Assembly (NCBI RefSeq): GCF_001194135.2
Contig: NC_069005.1
Location: forward strand, 34,789,739 to 34,835,351
Direction: 5' to 3'
Source of the DNA: Octopus bimaculoides
Taxonomy: Eukaryota
Length of the DNA: 45,613 bases
The notes beneath the pieces were generated by a model. That model saw nothing but the letters and a program-made list of their open reading frames with translations, was not told the origin of the DNA and searched no databases. Position numbers and translations under genes: made by a program. Below, one piece after another: positions 36,023 through 45,613 of this stretch. Position 1 is the stretch's first letter; each line of letters starts with the position of its first letter.

Positions 36023-37478
36023 TCTACAATATGTTGTCTGTGTGTCTCTGCTTGTGTAATATTGTGTTAGAAGTATTTTTACTCTCATAAATCGTCTCTT
36101 TTTGTGAGGAATTTTGTGAAATATTGGTGCGATTGCTCACTGATGTGTTCCTGTCTAGTTTTCTGTTGTAAGTAGTACAGAGTTATTGTTGTAAGTATAC
36201 GAAGAGTTGGCGGAAGAGTGTTTTATGGCCATTTTAACAGTTGTATTCGTGAAGTTTACAACGTGGTTCATTTTAATTCAAATTAATAAGACACAATGGT
36301 TGTTTGTAGCTGGATCACTGGTTTGCACGTTTGTGAATTCGTTGGGAAAATATGGGCAAAAACTTTGATAAACTAGAACACAACATATATAAATCTGTCC
36401 GTGTGTGTGTGTGTACGCGCGCGCATGTGTGTGCATATAATTATATATATATATATATACAATATGTATGTAAATATGTATAAATTGCTCGCCTTTATAA
36501 TTTATGCATTTGTATGTGTGATGTATGTTATTATTATTATTATTATTATTGTTATTATTAGGACTTCATGTTGGTGAGTTGTACGTTTCTAGTTAACAAT
36601 GTCTGCACCCACCAGTCCTGATCTCGCAGACCAATCAACAGGTGCGTTCCAGTCGTCGCCGTTACGAAGCTGTCTTCACATGAGACAAAATGTATTTAGG
36701 GTTACATTACACAATGTTTCTCCTTCTGTGCGCATGTCAGTAAGGTGCGGTTTGACTGCTGTCTCTAGCATGTGACCAGCCATGCATAAGCACCCTCTTC
36801 GACTCGTTATCATCGGGTGAGAAATCGAGGGTGGGGATGGGTAGGTGAGTTCCTGGTTGGCCAATCACAGAAACTTTAGACATTGCAAGTGGGACAGTCA
36901 CAGACCGTCGGTCTCTCAAACAAAAGAAAAATACCATTTTTTACATTATTTAAAATGAAATTGTATATTTGTTGTTTTTTTTTTAAATTTAGCAGATGAA
37001 AGATGATGATGATGATGATTCTGACAATGATTATTGTTGTTATTATTATTATTATTATTATTACAACAACTGCTGTAACAGTTTTAATATGGTTGTTGTG
37101 GTGATGGTGGTGATTGGTGTCTGTTTCAAACTTTGGCACAAAGCAATACATTTTTGAGCAGAGGACTGTCGATGTAATTGGCTCTAGTGCATGACTGGTA
37201 TTTGATTCTATTTCCCTGAAAGAACGAAACATAAATTTGGCGTCGGTGGGATTTGAACACAGAGCATAAAAGTTCCAAAGTAAACATCATAATGTATGTA
37301 ATCCGTCTATGTACTCAGTCTGCCATTTCACTGCAATAATAATAATAATAATGATACTTGCTTCAAATTTTGGCATATGACCAGTAATTTTCGTGGGTGG
37401 GTGTAGTCGATTATATCCACCCTAGTATTTGACTGGTACTTCAAGTCATTCGCGCCCCTCCCCTCTCTTCCCTCCATG

Positions 37479-40400
37479 TTAAACTATTTCAAAGTTACTA
37501 TCTGTCTTTGTGTTTGGAAGATGTACGTCAGCAGTAGGTGTCGTGGTTGGAGCGATGTAATTGCTAGGCAACAGCAATGGTTCTTTCTCACGCAGAATTG
37601 GTGGAACCGGTTTCCGATGGAATCTCTTGAAATCTATTGGTTCTTCCTGTTTGACTATTTTTGGCTCAGCAAGCCGGGTCGAGCCCGTAGCCGTCGACCT
37701 CAAATCTTCGCTTCCGGTATCAGGAATTCTCTGTATTTGGTTTCTACTCGTGTTGCTGTTGTTGTTATTATTGTTGCCACTATCACCTGTAATACCACCA
37801 CCAATAGTACTGCTACTACTACTGTTGTTGTTTGTGTTCCTGGTGGCGGAAGTTGAGGGCAAGCTTAGTCTTTGGTCAAGACTTTGATTCCGTTCCATGA
37901 CACTGCGTCTCAAGCTGTTGTTGTTGTTGTTATTGTCATCGTGTCGCGTTTCCTGGCGAAATGTGTTGTGTGGAATGTATGAAGGAATTCTAGAGGTATC
38001 CTGGGGTACCCCCGGGTGAATCATTAACGTTTCTGCTAACTGATCCTGCTGTTGTTGTTGTTGATGATGATGGTGGTGATAAGGATGATGATGATGAAGG
38101 TGGTGTTGGGGATGAGGAAGAGGTTGTTGGTGCAAGTGTGTAGAGAGCGGATGTTGAGCACTCTGTGCTTCCGCTAATATGGTGCACCGCTTGCCATCGC
38201 AACACTCGTGCAAAGAATTAGTCGATGAAGTCAGCGGTGTGACGTCACAGGAAGTGTCTCCGGTTTCCGGTACGTGACCCTTGGCGGTACTCGGAGTCTC
38301 GTGTCCTTGTGTTTCATATCCGCTACTTGAACGATGACCTCTCTGTCGAACGAGAGCGTGAATTTCGGGCGATTGACAAGGGGAGTCGCCAGCCAGGTCC
38401 ATAATCAGCGGCGTCTCTTCTTCAGCATACATTCCTTGAGCAATATAACAGGAAGCGTCCTGTGGAAGGTTCAAGCCTCTTCCATCCTCACCGCCGTCTT
38501 CATCGTTAATTTCGTCTTTAATGGCTTCTAACGAAGAACACGAAGAATGTGACGATAATGTACTCGATGCGGCAGACGAATGCATTGATATTGGAGAAGC
38601 TCTCGGTGCCGCCGCCACAGATGATGCATGAGCCTCTAGCAGTTGATTCAGTTTATCTCCCTTACCTGATTCCATCGCCTGTTCACACCAGCAATTATTC
38701 TCATTATTTTCATCTATAAACAACGTCTGTGAAAGTCCACAGTTTTGCTGTGCGCCATGTTTTACTTGTAGATTAATGTCGTCTCCGTAATCACACTCAT
38801 CTTCATCAGATGGAGGCTGACCAAATTTCACTTCACTGAATATTGGAGGTTTAAAGTCTGATATTGAATCGGCAATCGGTCCCGTGGGGTCTTTGCAGCG
38901 TCTTTTAGCTTGTTTTAACCTTCTACATAAGTAGTGATGCGGGTGGGGTAGAGGCTGGGCCAGGCTGTAATCATCTTGTGACGTCTCCGTAAGTAAAGTA
39001 CTATCTTTCTCGGACACATCTGTTGTTTCGCTGGTCAACTCAGCGTCTTTGCTTTGAACTGGTTCTCGGTAGAGACCATCACTGCTGTCAACTCTCAAAA
39101 CCTGGAACTGATGGACTCTTCTGTGTTTCGGGTTGATGATTTCACATTGTGCTGGTTCATCTTTGCTTGTCACACTACTGGTCCCGCCATAGGAACTCGT
39201 CTCTCCTGTGCTCCCTTCATGTTCACCACCACCACTACCATCGCTACCAGGCATTTCTTGTTGCCTTGTGGCATCATTACCCTCTTGATGGGAAGTTGAT
39301 GGATAAGGAACACCGAAGATATTGAGTCCTATTAGAGAGGCATTGCTACTCTGCATCGATAGCTGAGTTCCACTACCAAAATACTTGGAGACTTCGGCAC
39401 CGCTGCCCAGGTTCGGATCAACCGGTTTCTGTAGTAAACGAGCTTGCTCTTTGTTTTTCATTCGTTCAGTACTCGAGTCACCGACCTGAATATTAGCATC
39501 ACAGGTCAGTTGAAGTGGCGGGTCATAGCTTTCATTCTGGCTTGTTTGAAAGGACACCTGGCGGTGAGTTTTCTTAGGCACTTTCAAAAGGTCAGAGCTA
39601 CTACCACTGTTGTTCAATATCCCAGATACACTTTTCCATCGATCTGTTTTTAGATGTTCGCCTTGAAGTTTCACCTGAACTGCCGCATCCCGAACGTCTG
39701 TTCGTTGTTGCAGGATCGAACGAATGGAAGTAACCGTGTCGTAATTATTGAAGCCACCATATTCCACTTTCTGGCGAAGGATGGAACGGTATGAGGAGAC
39801 TGTATCATAATACATGGATGACGTGTCCGACCGGAACTCCACTTCCCGATAACCTTCTTCCGGTGGACTCAATATTACATATTCTTTACCATCATCTTCT
39901 AAATCTTGGTCCCTCAAATGATCACGAAACCAAGTGGAACATTTCATCCAAAGTATTACCATGAGAAAGAAGATACCAAGCACTGGAATGACTGCGAGGT
40001 TTACGGATTGGTTGGTCGGTGCCGAGGTTGGTTTCGTGTCCAGCAGAATCGTTTCATTATCACTTTCCGTCACGAACTGGGAGGAATCAGTCCCAGAGAC
40101 ATCGAAGATTGGGTTAGAAGTACTGGGGCTCCCCAACAGATTGATCAGTTTCACTGATATTTCAGGCGAGAAATGGTGACCATTGTCCGTTTGTAATCGG
40201 GAATGAGTTATATGGTCACCAGTTTTAGTTTCAGCAGTTGTTTTGGTTTGTTTCTGGTCAAGGACGGACAACTCAATGGTCACTAAAGGAGTGGGCTGTT
40301 TCACATAGACAGTAATATTGTTATCACCGTATGTCCCGGCTGGTTGCGTGGGGAAACTGACCACCGAAGAGATGCACATCAATAATAGAAGCATTAATTG

Positions 40401-41182
40401 GGACAACCATAAAAATGTTGATTGATTAATTGCTGTTGTTGTTGTTCTTGGTGACGTCGGCGACGTTATTAAAAGTTTCGATGACATTGATTGATTTGTT
40501 GATTTTGACGTTACAAACGTCGCTGACGTTAAACATGTTGATAGTGTTGCTCTTGTTGATCGTTTTCCTACTGTTGACGTCACCGATGTTAAACCTGTTG
40601 ACGTCGATGTCGTAGAAGCTGCCATTGCTAAATTTGGTGACGTTGTTGACGATTCTGGTTTTGTTAATGCTTTTGTTGGTTTTGATTGTGTTGACGCCAA
40701 TGACGTTGACGTTAACGATGCCGTCATATTTGGCACTGACGGTGACGACGTTGACGTTGATAACACCGTCATATTTGGCACTAATGGTGACGGCGTTGTC
40801 ATCAATGTCGTCGTTATCGCTGTTGATGTCGATGAAGATGATGTTAATTGTTTTTCGGTTTTTGAATCTGAAAACGTCAAAGACGTTGAAGGCACAATTG
40901 AACGTTTCGATTTCGTTGATTCTGATGTGACTGAGATTGTGGATAATGCTTCAGGAGACGTTGCTCTCTGCAGCGTTATATGAGAGGATGTGGAATCAAT
41001 TGAAGGAAGTTCGTTGTTAAACAATTTTACGGTGAGATATGGCGTGAGTTCGATTCGAGGGCGTTGAATGGGAACTTGGTAACAATGGCAGTGAGTTAAA
41101 TCCTTATGGAAGGTAGCTGTCCGACAGGAGTCCGGATAGACTTCACCTTGGTTCGATCTCATGATTCTGCTTTCACAGGAAA
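37479..41182 (-). CDS. Terminal 3.7-kb coding exon of an uncharacterised receptor-like membrane protein (over 1230 aa): Cys motif, S/T-rich region, two hydrophobic segments, long low-complexity tail
   Basis: The 1227-codon open frame is far beyond chance. Acceptor ttttctag at 41183-41184 is in frame ((V)SCESRIMRSN...). Hydrophobic segments at 40356-40418 and 39942-39998; TAA at 37479-37481. Confidence 0.9.
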
Positions 41183-42482
41183 CTAGAAAATATATATAAA
41201 AAGAGAAATAATTAGAATACTAACATAAGAAAAAGAAAGCAAAGACAAAATTAAAAGATTACTCCTTCACTCATCTTCTCACTGTTGTCAGGTCAGTAGA
41301 GAGGTCATAGGGGTAGGATAAGAATGAGGAAGAGGCTATCAAATATACGCAATGGGTTGAAAGGAAAGAGAGAAATAGAATGAGTTAAGTTGTTCTTGGT
41401 AAAGAGTTAAGTATTGATTCATTCAATGAGCGGGTGGCATAATGTTCCAGCACTTAGAAGGTATTTCATGAAATGGCTGCATTTGATGATAATTTCGGTG
41501 CTGACATTTAGAAAGTCAAGTTTTTTGTTGGCTGTTCAGTATGAGGTTCTTCGTAGCTATGCATAACCGCAATTTTCATGTATAATACTAGTATGGTTTA
41601 TATCTATGAAGGATCTTCTATTTGATAATGAATCGAGAGGCATGTTCTTTCAAATACCAGACATTATCGGATGATTTTGTTGCATTCCTCTATTCTATTT
41701 TATGGAGGTGTGGGTCTTGTCAATGTTATCTATATCTATGTGAATGTTATCTGTCATCTGCAATGTTGTCATCTCTTTTATTGTTTTATATCTTAACGAA
41801 TTCAAAGGGCAGTGACGAGTTTCGAAATACCCAAATAAAATTGGACAACATCGAATTAGCTTAACATAATGTGGTTTTAATTATAATGAAGACGACGATG
41901 ACCATATGTATGTATGTGTGTGTGTATATATGTATATGTGTGTATGCCTGTCTGTCTGTCTGCCTGTCTCTGTCTGTCTGTGTATATATATATATATACA
42001 TATATAAGTAGCTTATATATACTCATGCATACGCACACACATGAAATATATACACGTATATATCATTACATGTGCATGTGTATGTATATTTATATATGCA
42101 CACACGACTACACACACAAACACAGAAACACACAAACACATCTATGAATAAGAAGATAAAAAAAGAAAGTGCAGGTCACTTTTCATCTTCTCACTTAAAC
42201 ATTCCTGCCCGGAGATAATCTGGAGGGGGAGGAGGAGGGGGTGGGGGTGGAGGAGGAGAGAACAGCAATAATCCTCACTTCAAACACAATACTCTCACTG
42301 ACTTCAGTTACTATGCACTATGTGTGTGTGTGTGTGTGTATGTGTGTGTATGTATATATGGTATATATGTATATATATATGTATCCATATCATATATATG
42401 TGCGTGTGTGTGTGTGTGTACGTGTATATATGTGTATCCACACACACACACACATATATATATAGAGAGTGAGTGAGTGAGT

Positions 42483-42522
<40 letters not shown>

Positions 42523-42899
42523 ATGTTCAGATATTACAATAGTCAATTTAGTTTTAATGCAAAAACAAACAAGCAACCACATGTATATACACAAAACATG
42601 CGTAGATGCATATACATACATGTCTACGGACAGATGCATATATACATCCACTGCTGTTGTTGTTGTTGCCATTATCTGATACTCTACAACACTGCAATAT
42701 TGTTGCGCTTAAGTGGTCGGTTCACGAACATTTTATTGTTGTTGTTGTTGCTATTGTTGTTGTTGTTGCTATTGTTGTTGTTGTTGTTGGTGGTGGTGTT
42801 GTTGTTGGTGGTGTTATTGTGCTGGAATGTTGTCAGTGAAAGGACAAGCCTATAGCCTTTAGCTGTTCTTTATTGTATTTGAAATTGAGAACAGAAACG

Positions 42900-43330
42900 A
42901 CATCGGACTGTGTCATGTTGAAGTTGTGATCTAGAGACACAATGACCCCTGGCACAGTGTGACATAGATACGGTAACACAGTCGTAGTGATACAGTAATG
43001 AAATGTAGTGGTGCGCTGAGGTTATGATGCAGTGACAGAGATACTTGGAGTGGTGGCACAGTGGCACACAGTGTGACACTAAGTGACAAATAACTGTGTT
43101 AAAGGCATAAAGTATTTTAGCACAACGACACAGAGACACGTGCTGTTTGGACACTGCGGTGCAGTGACGCAGTGAGGTGGTGGCACAGTGATACTGAGGG
43201 TCCTGTCACAGTGAGGTTGGGACACGGTATGTCTTGGCACGGTGACGCTGTGACACCGTGTTTCACTTATTCACTGTAACACAATGAAACTGTGATGCTG
43301 TGACTCTGATACAGTGTAACAATGAGGTAA
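42900..43330. repeat. Degenerate (ACAGTG/GTGAC)-type simple satellite
   Basis: Dozens of cacagtg/gtgac variants. Confidence 0.65.
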
Positions 43331-43449
43331 CGACTCGAACTCGAACTCGCTACTGTTGTGTTGGAATAGCGACACCAAGCAATCCCTGTTTGTAGCGAGG
43401 TTTTCCCACGGTACCCCGGTCACGGCGATATTACCATGATGTCACTAAC

Positions 43450-43516
43450 CGTCACCCCGACCTGCACAATCCGATGACAATGATCTGGTCACATGGCAAT
43501 TATGTCTGCTGTTAAT
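43450..43516 (-). CDS. Candidate upstream exon of the large membrane-protein gene
   Basis: Minus frame INSRHNCHVTRSLSSDCAGRGD(V) ends at G|gttagt (phase 1), compatible with the 41182 acceptor. Its own acceptor (43516 or 43521) is weak. Confidence 0.3.
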
Positions 43517-45099
43517 CTTGCCTCAAGCCAGATGGAAATATTTCTTTCAGTGAATAAAACCCCGTCTTTTAACACGAACCAACTTGACATAATCTGACAT
43601 GAAAAAAACGACGAGAATAAATGAGACAATTAGCATCTGATTATCAGGTGACTGAGCAGAACTAGGTGAAAAAACGAGGCGTTGAGGGGTCGAGGAATCA
43701 ACAGACGTGTCTTGGCATTTCGTAATTGGGTCATCTAATTGAAAAAGAGAACGGAAGGCCCAGTTGATAAATTACTGTGAAACTAGTATAATAAAAAGCT
43801 TAGGTTCGTAATCTGTTACCAGCATTAATTTGGGTCCCTGTGTCAAACCGTTTTGCGGCTCAGACTATCTAGCTGTAAACAGGCACCACCCCAAGCAACA
43901 ACACTATACGTCATAAGTTTGCTGTTAACTTACTGTGCTGGTTTCAGTTGCAGTTGTGTGTGTGGTGATCTTTCGTTGTATGTACATTTAATGTAGGATA
44001 ACGAAGTGAAATAAAATCGATTGCCGAAGTATTTCTTCATAGATATAAATCAAATGATTTACGCCATCGATCTAAATATTTGCGGTAAACGTCAGAAATT
44101 TCTTTTACGTCATCGTGTTCCTTGTGTTGCTTTTTGTTGTTATTATTGTTGTTGCTACAACAACAACAGCTCCACCACCGATTCCACCATCACCACCACC
44201 GCCGCCGTCACCGCCACTGTTATGATATAAGAGGGAGAGATGGGGAGAGGAAGATATATATATATATATGTGTGTGTGTATATATANNNNNNNNNNNNNN
44301 NNNNNNNNNNNNNNNNNNNNNNNNNNNNNNNNNNNNNNNNNNNNNNNNNNNNNNNNNNNNNNNNNNNNNNNNNNNNNNNNNNNNNNNNNNNNNNNNNNNN
44401 NNNTATATATATATATTTATGTATATATATATATATGAGGAGTGGTAGGAGAAAGAAAAAACGCAATGTAAAAGAGGCTGGACGTTGTTGTTGTTATCTC
44501 GAATTTGGATCTCCAAGATGAGTTTGTTTGTCTTTCTTACACACCAGGTCTTTGTGTGCGTGTGTGTGTGTGTGCGAGCGTTTGTGGTGTCGAAAGATGG
44601 AGAGTGAAAGGGAAAGAGAAGCGGATTGTTCTCTCATGCAGTGGCCTTGTGTACGTAAATAGTGAATTTCGATGTAAGCTGTGATTTTAGCATTTTATAT
44701 TCCCCATTTGTTTTTGTGGGATCATAAGTGGTTGTCACATGGCCGTGTAGTGGTGGCGGTCTGTCATTGCTGTATTCGTCTTGCTCGTGTTCCTTGTAGT
44801 TCACAGTCTCTTCGCAGAAAAAAAGCATACTGTGATCTGGATACAAATATTATCATTTGTAAGTTTTGGCTGAGTCTATTTTGTGTGGTAGGGTGTACAT
44901 ACATACATACATACATACACACATACATACATATATGTGGTAGGGTGGCATATTCCTTTGCAATCAACGTAGCTTGTTGGCATAATTGTTTCACTGAAAC
45001 ATTTGAGAATGTATGTATGTACATACACAAATATTCGTGCATGTATGTAGATCGCAATTTGAGATTAACATATAGAGACAGACAGATAGATAGATAGAT

Positions 45100-45145
<46 letters not shown>

Positions 45146-45347
45146 AGTGAAAGAAAGGATCACGATTGGAGGGGGTGAACGACAATGACATTAATTGCAG
45201 TTGATAGTGATAAAAATGGAAACAAATGGAGAAGTTCAAAGGTGGGAACTGATAAAGGGGTTAAGTGGCGTTTCAGATAACACACAAACACATAACATGT
45301 ACACATGTAGTAGATATGTCTGTGAGTGCATATGCATGCATACATAT

Positions 45348-45398
<51 letters not shown>

Positions 45399-45410
45399 CA
45401 TATATATGTG

Positions 45411-45613
45411 CGAAGGGGTGGTGAAAAGTTCCTGGCTTTGGGTAAAGGAAAACACAGGAGGATTTGTGAATTCTGATTTTATTCAACAGATTCCCCTCTT
45501 TTAGAGTCACACATTTATTGCAGCGATCTTTCAGTTTTTCTCCCACCTGTAAAAGCACTCGGAAGATTGAGTCTCCAGCCAGACCTTTGGAGGGTACGAG
45601 TGGACCTGGTCAT
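45411..45613 (-). mobile_element. Degenerate mariner transposon 3' end
   Basis: Terminus cgaaggggtggtgaaaagttcc. Minus-strand remnant KLKDRCNKCVTLKEG resembles mariner 'KL..RW.KCV...GDY'. Confidence 0.7.

Noticed and set aside
37476-40930. Plus-strand ORFs opposite the large exon (e.g. 37561-37887, 40625-40930)
   Set aside because: Antisense shadows of S/T/N/H low-complexity codons.
41400-41560. Possible CR1/L2 3' remnant (CWNIMP resembling WNxLP)
   Set aside because: Too degenerate to support by eye.

Overview
Eukaryotic, AT-rich, microsatellite- and SINE-dense draft scaffold with 12 N gaps. The repeat families look like those of an octopod cephalopod (inference from recalled repeat consensus, not a search). 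Three spliced genes were reconstructed by hand. (1) A complete 8-exon GOSR1/GS28 Golgi SNARE on the minus strand (18115->6915, 242 aa). (2) A divergent 4-exon plus-strand gene (25440->30051, 207 aa) encoding a basic, CDK-site-rich, KEN-box protein with a CDE-CHR promoter element; it is unnamed and at most distantly PIMREG/FAM64A-like. (3) The 3.7-kb terminal exon of a minus-strand receptor-like membrane protein (41182->37479), with two hydrophobic segments and a motif-rich tail. Intergenic and intronic DNA holds tRNA-derived SINEs, RTE and Tx1 LINE fragments, mariner remnants (one a fold-back), an 8-bp-TSD MITE carrying a telomeric palindrome, a piggyBac-like mini-MITE and several unusual tandem arrays. 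Almost all other ORFs in the supplied track are microsatellite, gap or antisense artefacts. Repeat boundaries are approximate; exon boundaries were counted base by base.
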